Origin: Myxococcota bacterium
GTDB taxonomy: Bacteria > Myxococcota_A > UBA796 > SXON01
DNA: 64,000 nucleotides
Direction: 5' to 3'
NCBI GenBank assembly: GCA_040386535.1
Contig: JAZKFH010000047.1
Span: forward strand, 32,001 to 96,000
Shown: one piece after another, positions 55,359 through 64,000 of the stretch
How the letters are laid out: every line of letters begins with the position of its first letter
Numbering within the stretch: the first letter of the stretch is position 1
Made by a program: the position numbers and the translations under genes
Notes under the pieces: model-generated
What the model saw: only the letters and a program-made list of their open reading frames with translations
The model's database searches: none
Told to the model about the DNA's origin: nothing

Positions 55359-55939
55359 TCCTCTGGTTGCTGGCCTGCGTCCCCCAAGCCACGAAAGAAG
55401 ACGACCCCGTCGACACCGATCCGGAGGAGGAGCCCGATCTCGACGCGGAGGCCCTCGCCGCGGATGACGCGCGGGTGCGCGCCCTGACCGACCTGCCCGA
55501 GGGCGACAACCCCTGCGCCGAGCCGCAGCTGGTGCGGATCCTCGAGACGGTCGACGGGGACACGTTCCACGCGCTCCCCGAGGGCGAGTCGCGCTACTTC
55601 TCCGTGCGGGTCATCGGCATCGACACCCCCGAGGTCGCGCACGACGATCCGGCGGAGTGCTACGGGAACGAGGCGTGGGAGTGGGCGGAGGCGCGCCTCG
55701 GCGGCAAGCTGGCGTGGCTCACGTTCGACGGCGAATGTCTGGACGCCTACGATCGCACGCTCGCCTACGTGATCCGCGGCAACGAGGAAGACGACTTCTT
55801 CAACCGTGCGATCGCCCGGAACGGCTATGGCACGCCGTTCCCGTTCGAGCTGACCGACACGTACGAGGACGAGATTGCCGCCGATGCCCGCGCGGCGCGA
55901 GACGAAGGAGCGGGCCTCTGGTCTGCCTGCGAACGTTGA
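55355..55939 (+). CDS. Thermonuclease (SNase) family lipoprotein
   Basis: VDGDT, VRVIGIDTPE, CYGNEA, DAYDRTLAYV, AR..GAGLWSAC. Confidence 0.92.
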   Translation: MILWLLACVPQATKEDDPVDTDPEEEPDLDAEALAADDARVRALTDLPEGDNPCAEPQLVRILETVDGDTFHALPEGESRYFSVRVIGIDTPEVAHDDPAECYGNEAWEWAEARLGGKLAWLTFDGECLDAYDRTLAYVIRGNEEDDFFNRAIARNGYGTPFPFELTDTYEDEIAADARAARDEGAGLWSACER

Positions 55940-56051
55940 CGCGTCGATGCTCGTGCGTTAACGCTGCCGGCCCTCGGGGGGCTCCCCTTCGGGGACGCCT
56001 TTTCGAGTGTTCTTTCAGGGTTGTGCGCGGTTTCGCCAGGTGAGCGACCGG

Positions 56052-56285
56052 ATGACGGAAAACGGCGGTTGGAAGCGGGCGTGGAGAGCCACCGCCTACG
56101 TATCCGGCCTCCCGATCTCCACCATCGCGGGGGGCCTGCTCGGCGCGGCGCTCGACCACCTGCTCGGTGGTGGCTGGGTTCTGACGGCCATCTTCGGGCT
56201 CCTCGGCTTCGTCGCCGGGGTGTTCCAGCTCTTCCGAGGCCTACAGAAGCTTTCCGATGCTCCCCCCTTCGACCATCCTCCGTGA
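56052..56285 (+). CDS. AtpZ/AtpI (gene 1)-like small membrane protein
   Basis: Pattern GGLLGAALDHLLG...FGLLGFVAG. First gene before atpB. Confidence 0.8.
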   Translation: MTENGGWKRAWRATAYVSGLPISTIAGGLLGAALDHLLGGGWVLTAIFGLLGFVAGVFQLFRGLQKLSDAPPFDHPP

Positions 56286-56628
56286 CGCCGCGATCGCCGG
56301 GCTCCTGTTGAGCCTGGGTAGCGTGTTCGTCGGAGTCGAGTTCGCGGGTGCGGTGGCGGCGGGGGCGCTCGGCAGCCTGATCAACCTCGGCCTGCTCATG
56401 CGGCTCGTCGGTGGGGTCTCGCCGGGTGCGGGCGCCCTGTTCGTCGCGCGCCTGTTCCTCAAGCACGTCGCGGGGGCGATCCTCCTGCTCGTGCTGGTCG
56501 CCAATCTCCCCGCGGCGCCCGTGTTCATCGGCTTCTGCTCGGTGATGCTCGCGCTCGCCGTGCGCGCCGCGCTGACCGTCGCGGGCCTCGCGTCCGCCCC
56601 CTCCCATTCGACCCCGGAGCCTGGATGA
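56257..56628 (+). CDS. atpI: ATP synthase I chain-like membrane protein
   Basis: Four hydrophobic segments with G..GSLIN. Directly upstream of atpB. Confidence 0.65.
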   Translation: MLPPSTILRDAAIAGLLLSLGSVFVGVEFAGAVAAGALGSLINLGLLMRLVGGVSPGAGALFVARLFLKHVAGAILLLVLVANLPAAPVFIGFCSVMLALAVRAALTVAGLASAPSHSTPEPG

Positions 56629-57458
56629 TCTCCCTGCTCGGCCTGCTCCTCGCGAGCACCTCGGGTGCTCAGGCGTCGAGCTTCTCGTGGTACCAGCTCC
56701 TCCCCGGCTTCGGCGCCGAGGGAGAGGCCGGCCACGTGCTCGGCCTGCACGAGGCCCACGATGCCTTCCTCGTCCCCACGGCGTGGGGCGTCGTCGCCTT
56801 CCTCTTCTTCACCGCCTTCCTCGCACGGCTGGGGCTCCAGCGTGCCGTCGCGCAGGGCGGCATCGCGGCGTACGTGCCCGACTCCGGGCTCACGATCCGC
56901 AACGCCTACGAGATCGTGATCGAGTGGCTCTACGAGCTCGTGGCCGGCATGACGGGCAAGGCCGAGGCCAAGGCCTTCTTCCCGCTCGTCGCCACCCTGT
57001 TCCTGTACGTGCTCATCTCGAACGTGTCCGGGTTCGTGCCGGGCATCCTGCCGGCCACCGAGAACTTCTCGCACAACCTCGCGCTCGCGCTGTGCGTCTT
57101 CGTGGTGTTCAACTACGCGGGCCTCTCGCGCCAGGGCTTCGGGTATATCAAGCACCTCGCGGGTCCGATCGCGGTGCTCGCGCCGGTGTTCCTGGTGCTC
57201 GAGACCATCTCGTTGTTGATCCGGCCGGTCTCGCTGACCGTTCGGCTCTCGGTCAACATCTTCGTCGACCACCTCCTGCAGACCATCTCGCGCGGTCTCG
57301 GCGACAGCTTCCTGGGCTTCGTCGGCGCCGCGGTGCTCCCGGTCCCGATCTACTTCCTCGGTCTGCTCGTGTGCGTCGTGCAGGCCTTCGTCTTCGCGCT
57401 GCTCACCACCATCTACATCAGCCTGTCCGTGGCGCACACGGACGAGCATCACCACTAG
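56625..57458 (+). CDS. atpB: ATP synthase Fo subunit a
   Basis: [41 protein letters not shown]. Confidence 0.95.
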   Translation: MISLLGLLLASTSGAQASSFSWYQLLPGFGAEGEAGHVLGLHEAHDAFLVPTAWGVVAFLFFTAFLARLGLQRAVAQGGIAAYVPDSGLTIRNAYEIVIEWLYELVAGMTGKAEAKAFFPLVATLFLYVLISNVSGFVPGILPATENFSHNLALALCVFVVFNYAGLSRQGFGYIKHLAGPIAVLAPVFLVLETISLLIRPVSLTVRLSVNIFVDHLLQTISRGLGDSFLGFVGAAVLPVPIYFLGLLVCVVQAFVFALLTTIYISLSVAHTDEHHH

Positions 57459-57477
57459 CAATTCCACCGGAGGAACC

Positions 57478-57798
57478 ATGAATTCCAAGCTTCGCACCGC
57501 TGCCCGCGTGGCGGTCCTCTTCGCCGCCTCGACCGGCATGGCCTTCGCCGCCAGCGACGTGATCAAGGACTCCACCAGCTGGGGCGCCGGTCTCGGCGCC
57601 GGCCTCGCCATCGGCCTCGCCGCCCTCGGCGGTGGTCTCGGCCAGGGGCGCACCGCCACGGCGGCCCTCGAAGGCATGGCCCGCAACCCCCAGGCGGCTG
57701 GCCAGCTCCAGACCCCCATGCTCATCGCGCTGGTCTTCACCGAGACCCTCACGCTCTTCAGCATCGTCATCGCCGGCAAGCTCTCGGGCCTGTTCTAG
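57478..57798 (+). CDS. atpE: ATP synthase Fo subunit c
   Basis: [16 protein letters not shown] loop, essential Glu in FTETL. GGAGGA SD. Confidence 0.96.
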   Translation: MNSKLRTAARVAVLFAASTGMAFAASDVIKDSTSWGAGLGAGLAIGLAALGGGLGQGRTATAALEGMARNPQAAGQLQTPMLIALVFTETLTLFSIVIAGKLSGLF

Positions 57799-57958
57799 TA
57801 CCAGGCGCGGCACCTGCCGTACGCGACGCCCGTGTCCCTCCCCTGGGGCGCGGGCGTCTGCCGTTTTGGGGGTCGCGGGCCCGATCGGCACCCGCTCGGG
57901 AATCCCGAACGCCGCTGACGGTTACACTCGGGGGTCTGCGCCCCTAGCCGGAGGTCGA

Positions 57959-58780
57959 ATGCTCTCGTTGTTGCTCGCCGTGTCCCTCGCCGACGCCAAG
58001 CCGAAGAAGAACAAGGCGCCGCCGCCGCCCCCGGTGGGCTGGCACCGTGAAGACGGCTGGGCGGGCGACTGCTACTACCCGGTCGACTACACGGCGCTCG
58101 GCGAGGGCGAGAAGAAGATGGCCCGCCAGGTCGCGCTCGAAGAGATGAAGAAGCAGTGGGAGGGCCTGCGCGAGGACGGCGTGAAGTTCGACGCGAACCT
58201 CATCGAGGAGGTCGACATCACCCTGCTCGGCCGCCCCACGAACATCGAGGCGATCAGCCGCGGCAACCTGGAGCAGTGCCAGAAGGTGCGCAAGGGTGGC
58301 GACGTCGGCGCCTGGCAGTCCTACCTCTCCGCGCTCCCCGCGAAGCTCACGGCCGGCGAGTGCATCCAGCCGCTCACCTACACGTTGTTCGACTACCTCG
58401 ACATCGGCCGCACGTGGCAGCGCGAGGTGGGCCTGTGCAAGGGGGACAAGGCCCACGTCGTCGCCAGCGCGAAGGACCGCTACCGCATCAGCGACACGGG
58501 CGCGTGGATGACGGTCGAGGGTGACCCGTCGCAGAAGGCCGTCGCGGCCGAGTACCCCTGCAACATCGAGGGCTGCTTCGTCGGCATGCTGGTCGGCAAG
58601 TTCGTGACCGACTCCGGCGTGGAGACCGTCTTCCCCATCGGCGCCGAGACCACGTTCATCGCCCCCGAGCACGGCATCATCAGCTTCTCGATCAACGACA
58701 CCGTCTGGTACGACAACAAGTGGTTCAAGTCGTCCACGATCGAGGACCGCACGTCGCTGACCATCGAGCCCGGCCAGTAG
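57959..58780 (+). CDS. Exported Cys-containing hypothetical protein
   Basis: GGAGG SD, short signal peptide, six Cys and C-terminal FSINDT..YDN. Confidence 0.75.
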   Translation: MLSLLLAVSLADAKPKKNKAPPPPPVGWHREDGWAGDCYYPVDYTALGEGEKKMARQVALEEMKKQWEGLREDGVKFDANLIEEVDITLLGRPTNIEAISRGNLEQCQKVRKGGDVGAWQSYLSALPAKLTAGECIQPLTYTLFDYLDIGRTWQREVGLCKGDKAHVVASAKDRYRISDTGAWMTVEGDPSQKAVAAEYPCNIEGCFVGMLVGKFVTDSGVETVFPIGAETTFIAPEHGIISFSINDTVWYDNKWFKSSTIEDRTSLTIEPGQ

Positions 58781-58783
58781 CGG

Positions 58784-59761
58784 GTGCGCCGGAAGCCGCA
58801 GCGCTGGTTCTTCGCCCTGCTCCCCCTCGTCGTCCTCCTGGGCGGCGGGGAAGCCGCGCTGCGTGCCGCCGGGTGGCCCACGAAGGACCCGACGCGGGCG
58901 TTCACCCATGGGGACGTGTACTGGGTCGAGAAGGGGTCGCTCCACCTCGAGCCCTTTCCCCACAAGGAGACCGGCGGCACCTTCCGCGTGAGCACCGACG
59001 CCAACGGCCTCCGCGCGCCGCTGCACGCGGAGAAGAAGCCTGACGGCGTGTTCCGCGTCATGACGCTGGGCTGCAGCACGACGTTCGGCTGGGGCGTGGA
59101 TGACGACCAGTCGTACCCCGCGCGCCTCGAGGCGGTCCTCGGCGAGGCGGGCCACCCGGTCGAGGTCATCAACGGTGGCCAGCCGGGCCACAGCAGCTTT
59201 CAGGGCTTGTGGTTGTGGGAGCGCACGCTCGCGCGCTACCAGCCCGACCTGGTGATCTTCGGGTACATCGTGCAGGACGCGCGGATGGTGGCCTACAGCG
59301 ATCGGTCGCAGGCGTTGCTCCAGCAGAACGGGGACTTCCTCAAGCAGAACCTGCTGCATCGGTCGCGGCTCTACACGGGGCTGCTCCAGACCTGGAACGG
59401 GCTGCGCATCCAGCAGAAGGACCAGTCGGCGGACGGCAACGTGAACCGCGTCCCGACGGACGAGTACGTCGAGAACATCCGCGCCCTCAAAGCGCGCACC
59501 GAGGCCGTGGGCGGCACGTTCGCGCTGTTCGGCTTTCCGCTCGAGCGCGAGGGCTACACCGCGTCCCACCGCGCCTTGTTGAAGACCGCGGCCGAGATCC
59601 TGCCGGCGCCCTACTACGATCCGCAGGCCGACTTCGAGCAATGGTCCGCCGCGGAGACCTTGTTCTTCCCGCAGGACCGCGGCCACGCCAACGCGGCCGG
59701 CCTGGACAAGGTCGCGCGTGGCATGGCGCAGTTCCTCATCGCCGAGCGGTTGATCCCGTAG
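58784..59761 (+). CDS. SGNH/GDSL hydrolase family protein
   Basis: LGCSTTFG, EVINGG..G, DRGHAN..G. N-terminal TM anchor. Confidence 0.85.
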   Translation: MRRKPQRWFFALLPLVVLLGGGEAALRAAGWPTKDPTRAFTHGDVYWVEKGSLHLEPFPHKETGGTFRVSTDANGLRAPLHAEKKPDGVFRVMTLGCSTTFGWGVDDDQSYPARLEAVLGEAGHPVEVINGGQPGHSSFQGLWLWERTLARYQPDLVIFGYIVQDARMVAYSDRSQALLQQNGDFLKQNLLHRSRLYTGLLQTWNGLRIQQKDQSADGNVNRVPTDEYVENIRALKARTEAVGGTFALFGFPLEREGYTASHRALLKTAAEILPAPYYDPQADFEQWSAAETLFFPQDRGHANAAGLDKVARGMAQFLIAERLIP

Positions 59762-59782
59762 GGGTCTGCTACCATCGCCGCC

Positions 59783-60484
59783 ATGCGGAACAGCGCCCTC
59801 GTCCTGCTCACCCTCAACGAAATCGAAGGCCTCGAGGCCCTCTGGTCGCGCCTGCCGATCGCGGAGTTCGCCGAGGTGTTCGCGGTCGACGGGGGCAGCA
59901 CCGACGGCACCCTGGCGTTCTTCGCGGCCCGGGGCATTCCGGTCGTGACCCAGCCGATTCGGGGCCGCGGCGTGGCCTTTCGTGTGGCGGCCGAGGCGAG
60001 CGCCGCCGAGCGGCTCGTGTTCTTCAGCCCGGACGGCAACGAGGACCCCGCGGACATCGTGCGCCTGGACGATCTGCTCATCGGCGGGGCCGACCTCGCC
60101 ATCGCGCGCCGCTTCGGGCCGGGCGCGGTGAACGAGGAGGACGGCGAGGTGCTGCGGCTGCGCGCGCGCGTGAACGACACGCTCTCGCGCATCGCCAACG
60201 GCCTGTTCGGCAGCGGCGGGCCGCGCGTGCACGACACCATCAACGGCTTTCGGGCGTTGCGGCGCAAGGCGCTGCTCGAGCTCGCCACCACGGTGAAGCG
60301 GTTCCCCATCGAGTACCAGATCACCATCCGCGCGCTGCAGCGCGGCTGGACGATCGCGGAGGTGCCGACCAAGGAGGGCGCGCGGATCGGCGGCGAACGC
60401 AAGGCCGCGAGCTGGCCGGTGGGGATGGACCACCTCAAGGTGCTTGCCACCGAGCTAGCGAACGCCCGGCTGCTCGCCCGATGA
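59783..60484 (+). CDS. Glycosyltransferase family 2 (DPM1-like)
   Basis: TLNE, VDGGSTDGT, GRGVA, SPDG, DTINGFRA, EVP..E..RIGGE.K. Confidence 0.88.
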   Translation: MRNSALVLLTLNEIEGLEALWSRLPIAEFAEVFAVDGGSTDGTLAFFAARGIPVVTQPIRGRGVAFRVAAEASAAERLVFFSPDGNEDPADIVRLDDLLIGGADLAIARRFGPGAVNEEDGEVLRLRARVNDTLSRIANGLFGSGGPRVHDTINGFRALRRKALLELATTVKRFPIEYQITIRALQRGWTIAEVPTKEGARIGGERKAASWPVGMDHLKVLATELANARLLAR

Positions 60485-61728
60485 GCCCGATGAGCCCGAG
60501 CGGCACGAGCCTGGAGCGGCGCGCGGCCCTCGCGGCGCTCGTGCACGCGGAGATGGCGGGCCTGCCGGTCCAGCATCACGACGCCGCGACCGGGCATCCG
60601 TTGTGTGTCGTCGGCTTCGGCCCGGAGGAGGTCGTCGCGGCCACCGAGGTGATGCTGACGACCGAGGTCACCATGGGCGCGCGCGTGCGCGCGTTCGAGG
60701 CCGTGTGGGCCGCGCGGTGCGGAAAGCGGCACGGCGTCATGGTCAACAGCGGCTCGTCCGCCAACCTGCTGCTCCTGGCCGCGCTCGTGGAGGCCGGCCA
60801 CCTCGCGCCCGGCGACGAGGTGCTCGTGCCCGCGGTCGGGTGGTCGACCACGCTCTTCCCCGTCGCGCAGGTGGGCCTGGTCCCCGTGCTCGTCGACGTC
60901 GACCCCGCCACGTTGTGCCTGGACCCCGCGAGCGCCGCCGCCGCCCGCACGCCCCGCACGCGCGCCGTGTTCGCGGTGCACCTGCTCGGCCAGGCCGCGG
61001 CGATGGCGCCGTACGACGATCTGCTCGTCCTGGAGGACGCCTGCGGCGCCCACGGCGCGACGATCGGCGGCCGCCCGGTCGGCGGGATCGGGCTCGGCGC
61101 CACGTTCAGCTTCTTCTTCTCGCACCACATCACGACGATGGAGGGCGGCATCGTCGTCACCGACGATGACGTGCTCGCCGACACGATGCGCTCCCTGCGC
61201 GCCCACGGCTGGGTGCGCGAGCGGTCCGACCGCGCGGCGCTCGAGGCCGCGTCGCCCGAGATCGATCCCCGCTTCCTGTTCGTCTCGTCCGGCTACAACC
61301 TGCGCCCCACCGAGGTCGCCGCGGCGTTCGGGCTCGTGCAGGAGCGCCGGCTCGACGCCTGGGTCGCGCAACGCCGCGCCAACCACGTGGACTGGTGCGC
61401 GCGCGTGGGCGTCATCCCCGGGGTCACGGTGTTCCCCGAGGCGCCGGGCACGACCCACGCCGGCTTCGCCTTCCCCATGCTCGTCGCGGGCGATCGTGCC
61501 GGCTGCATGGCCGCCCTGGAGGCGCGCGGCATCGCCACGCGGCCGGTGTCCGGCTCGAACCTCGCCCGGCAGCCTGCGTTCGCGCGCGTCGCCGCCCGCA
61601 CCCCCGTCCCGCTCCCCGTGTCCGACGCCGTCCACACCCGCGGCTTCTTCGTCGGCAACTCCCACGCGTTCGGCCCCGATCACGGCGCGCGCCTCGCCGC
61701 GGCCCTCACCTCCTGGAGCTCCTCGTGA
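60481..61728 (+). CDS. colD: GDP-4-keto-6-deoxy-D-mannose 3-dehydratase (ColD-like, DegT family)
   Basis: MVNSGSSANL, WSTT, EDAC, SFFFSHHITTMEGG (His at the usual Lys position), LRAHGW, GYNLRP. Confidence 0.8.
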   Translation: MSPMSPSGTSLERRAALAALVHAEMAGLPVQHHDAATGHPLCVVGFGPEEVVAATEVMLTTEVTMGARVRAFEAVWAARCGKRHGVMVNSGSSANLLLLAALVEAGHLAPGDEVLVPAVGWSTTLFPVAQVGLVPVLVDVDPATLCLDPASAAAARTPRTRAVFAVHLLGQAAAMAPYDDLLVLEDACGAHGATIGGRPVGGIGLGATFSFFFSHHITTMEGGIVVTDDDVLADTMRSLRAHGWVRERSDRAALEAASPEIDPRFLFVSSGYNLRPTEVAAAFGLVQERRLDAWVAQRRANHVDWCARVGVIPGVTVFPEAPGTTHAGFAFPMLVAGDRAGCMAALEARGIATRPVSGSNLARQPAFARVAARTPVPLPVSDAVHTRGFFVGNSHAFGPDHGARLAAALTSWSSS

Positions 61729-62657
61729 GCGAGCGCATCGTCGTCACCGGAGGCGCCGGGTTCGTCGGCTCCGTGCTGGTCCCCCACCTGCTCTCCGAGG
61801 GCTACCGCGTGCACGTGGTGGACGCGTTGCGCTTCGGCGGCGAGGGCCTCCTCCCCAACTTCATCCACCCGAACTTCTCGTTCGCCGAGGCGGACGTGCT
61901 CGACGCGCCGCGCATGCGCAAGGAGCTCGCGGGGGCCCACGCCGTGGTGCACCTCGCCGCGCTCGTCGGGTACCCGATCTGCAAGAAGCTCCCGGAGGAG
62001 GCCCGCCGCACCAACGTCGGCGGCGCCGAGGTCGTGCTCGGCGAGATGCCGGCGGACGCCCGCCTCATCTACTTCTCCACCGGATCGAACTACGGCGAGG
62101 TCGTCGGGGTGTGTGACGAGGACACGCCGCTCAACCCGCTCTCGCTCTACGGCGAGACGAAGACCAAGGCCGAGATGATGGCGATGGAGCGGCCGAACTC
62201 GGTCGCCCTCCGCTTCGCCACCGCGTTCGGGCTCTCGCCGCGCATGCGTCTGGACCTGATGATCAACGACTTCACCTACCAGGCGTTGGTCAACCGCTAC
62301 TTGCTCGTCTACGAGCGCCACTTCCGCCGCACGTTCATCCACGTGCGCGACATGGCGCGCGTCGTGCCGCACCTGCTGCGGAACTGGGACCGCGCGCGGG
62401 ACAACCGGCTCAACGTCGGCCACGAGACGATGAACTTCACCAAGGAGGACATCGCCCAGGCGCTCCAGAAGAAGCTGGACTTCCACCTCTACTTCGCCGA
62501 CGTCGGCACCGACGAGGACAAGCGCGACTACGAGGTCAGCTACGCGCGGATCCGCGCGCTCGGCTTCTCCCTCGACGTCGACATCCACCGCGGCCTGGGC
62601 GAGCTGCTCGGGGGCTTGCGGATGATCCGCATCCGGCACCCGTACTCGAATGTCTGA
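61725..62657 (+). CDS. NAD-dependent epimerase/dehydratase
   Basis: VTGGAGFVGS, HLAALVG, YGETK (YxxxK), SPRMRLDL, DKRDY. Confidence 0.9.
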   Translation: MSERIVVTGGAGFVGSVLVPHLLSEGYRVHVVDALRFGGEGLLPNFIHPNFSFAEADVLDAPRMRKELAGAHAVVHLAALVGYPICKKLPEEARRTNVGGAEVVLGEMPADARLIYFSTGSNYGEVVGVCDEDTPLNPLSLYGETKTKAEMMAMERPNSVALRFATAFGLSPRMRLDLMINDFTYQALVNRYLLVYERHFRRTFIHVRDMARVVPHLLRNWDRARDNRLNVGHETMNFTKEDIAQALQKKLDFHLYFADVGTDEDKRDYEVSYARIRALGFSLDVDIHRGLGELLGGLRMIRIRHPYSNV

Positions 62658-63624
62658 AGCAGAGGGCCCGCCCGTGCTGGAGGGCACGCGGGTGCTCGTC
62701 ACCGGCGGGCACGGGTTCCTCGGGCGGCACGTGTGCGCCGCGCTCGAGGCGGCGGGCGGCACGCCGCTGCCGATCGGGCGGGTTGAGGTCGATCTGCGCG
62801 ATAGCGCCGCCGTCCGCGCCCTGTTCGACCGCCACGCGCCCGATCTCGTGGTGCACGCCGCGGTCACCGGCGGCGGCATCGGCTGGATGCGCGCCCACCC
62901 GGCGGAGGCCTTCGTGGACAACGTGCGCATGACCACCGAGGTCATGGAGGCCGCCCAGCGAGCCCACGTGCGCCGCTTCGTGGGCGTGTCCTCCGCGTGC
63001 GCCTACGCGGTCGACGCCGCGCAGCCCATGCGCGAGGAGGCCCTGTTCGCGGGCGATCCCGAGCCCACCAACGGCCCCTACGGGCACGCCAAGCGCGCCA
63101 TGATGGTCCAGGGCGCGGCGTACGCGGCGCAGTACGGGTTCGACGCCGTGTTCGTCGTCCCCACCAACCTCTACGGGCCGGGCGAGTCGGTCGATCCCGC
63201 CCGGGCCCACGTCGTCGGCGCGCTCGTGCGCCGCTTCGAGGAGGCGCGGCGCGCCGGTCTGGACGAGGTGACCTGCTGGGGCTCGGGCCGCGCCACACGG
63301 GATCTCTTGTTCGTGCGCGACGCCGCCGCCGCCATCCTCCTGGCGCTGACGCAGCCGGTCGGCCCCGCGCCGGTGAATCTCGGCAGCGGAGAGGAGCGCA
63401 CCATCGCGGCGATCGCGACCGCGGTGGCCGACGCGGTCGGTTTCCGCGGTACCATCCGGTGGGACGCGGCGCTGCCGGACGGCATGCCGCGCAAGGTGTT
63501 GGACATCACGCGGGCGCGCTCCCTCCTCGGGTGGTCGCCCCAAACCCCCCTCGCCGAGGGGCTCGCGGAGATGGTCGCGTGGTTTCGTGGATCCTCCTCG
63601 CCGTTGGCTGCCTCGAACGGGTGA
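62650..63624 (+). CDS. GDP-L-fucose synthase/ColC-like epimerase-reductase
   Basis: VTGGHGFLG, GGI, SSACAY, EPTN..YGHAK, PTNLYGP, HVV.AL, WGSG, DGMPRK. Confidence 0.9.
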   Translation: MSEAEGPPVLEGTRVLVTGGHGFLGRHVCAALEAAGGTPLPIGRVEVDLRDSAAVRALFDRHAPDLVVHAAVTGGGIGWMRAHPAEAFVDNVRMTTEVMEAAQRAHVRRFVGVSSACAYAVDAAQPMREEALFAGDPEPTNGPYGHAKRAMMVQGAAYAAQYGFDAVFVVPTNLYGPGESVDPARAHVVGALVRRFEEARRAGLDEVTCWGSGRATRDLLFVRDAAAAILLALTQPVGPAPVNLGSGEERTIAAIATAVADAVGFRGTIRWDAALPDGMPRKVLDITRARSLLGWSPQTPLAEGLAEMVAWFRGSSSPLAASNG

Positions 63625-64000
63625 CCGGAGAGGACGTGCCGCTCGATCCGCGCTTCTACGCGGGGCGGGACGACAACGCCGGGCAGGCCGCGGCCGGCGG
63701 CGGAGACCCCAACGGCGGCGGGAGCGCCGCGGGCGGCGGCGAGGGCCCCTACGCCGGGTACGACGGCGAGACGTGGCTGCTGAAGGGCGAAGTGCGCGGG
63801 GAGGAGCCCATCCCCGTGCAGATCGACGTGAACGAGCCCGATGACGCCGCTCCGGGCGGGGTCCGGCGCGCGGGCGCCATCCGCCTGGACGCGCCGGGGC
63901 CGTTCGAGGTCAACGTGCCGAAGACCGTCACGGTCATCCGGTTCCAGGCCTTCCAGGACCCCACCGCGGACGGCCCCGACGAGACCGATCCGTTCGCCGA
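63579..64000 (+). CDS. Hypothetical lipoprotein, runs off the window
   Basis: Manual translation from GTG 63579 gives MVSWILLAVG-CLERVTGEDVPLDPRFY... The frame stays open to the end, with GGAG SD. It overlaps the 3' end of the previous gene. Confidence 0.65.
   Translation, partial: MVSWILLAVGCLERVTGEDVPLDPRFYAGRDDNAGQAAAGGGDPNGGGSAAGGGEGPYAGYDGETWLLKGEVRGEEPIPVQIDVNEPDDAAPGGVRRAGAIRLDAPGPFEVNVPKTVTVIRFQAFQDPTADGPDETDPFA

Overview
A very GC-rich bacterial chromosome segment spanning the probable replication origin. A Myxococcota/deltaproteobacterial lineage is inferred from the Hanks kinase, receiver-J-TPR proteins, Asp-rich repeat lipoprotein and split atp operon. It holds the core block mnmE-jag-yidC-yidD-rnpA-rpmH <> dnaA-[oriC]-dnaN-recF-gyrB. 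After it come fabH, an ArsA/Get3-like ATPase pair, an RRM protein, two Hsp20s, envelope genes, an exported TldD/E-like pair, add, ssb, htpG, a displaced gyrA, the Fo genes atpB/atpE and a colitose-type (ColD/ColC-like) sugar cluster. I saw no rRNA, tRNA, transposase or cas gene. The most striking unexplained element is a ~325-bp non-coding array at 29712-30035, between an Omp85-like gene and a Uma2 nuclease. It has 14 exact same-strand TTGTCGATC 9-mers in five triads, all at near-integer multiples of 10.5 bp. Other oddities include a DnaA with an altered box-recognition motif and only degenerate boxes at oriC, two genes that seem to need CTG starts, very short signal peptides, leaderless-type starts and a dispersed ~60-bp REP-like element. 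All calls come from reading motifs by eye; no searches were run.
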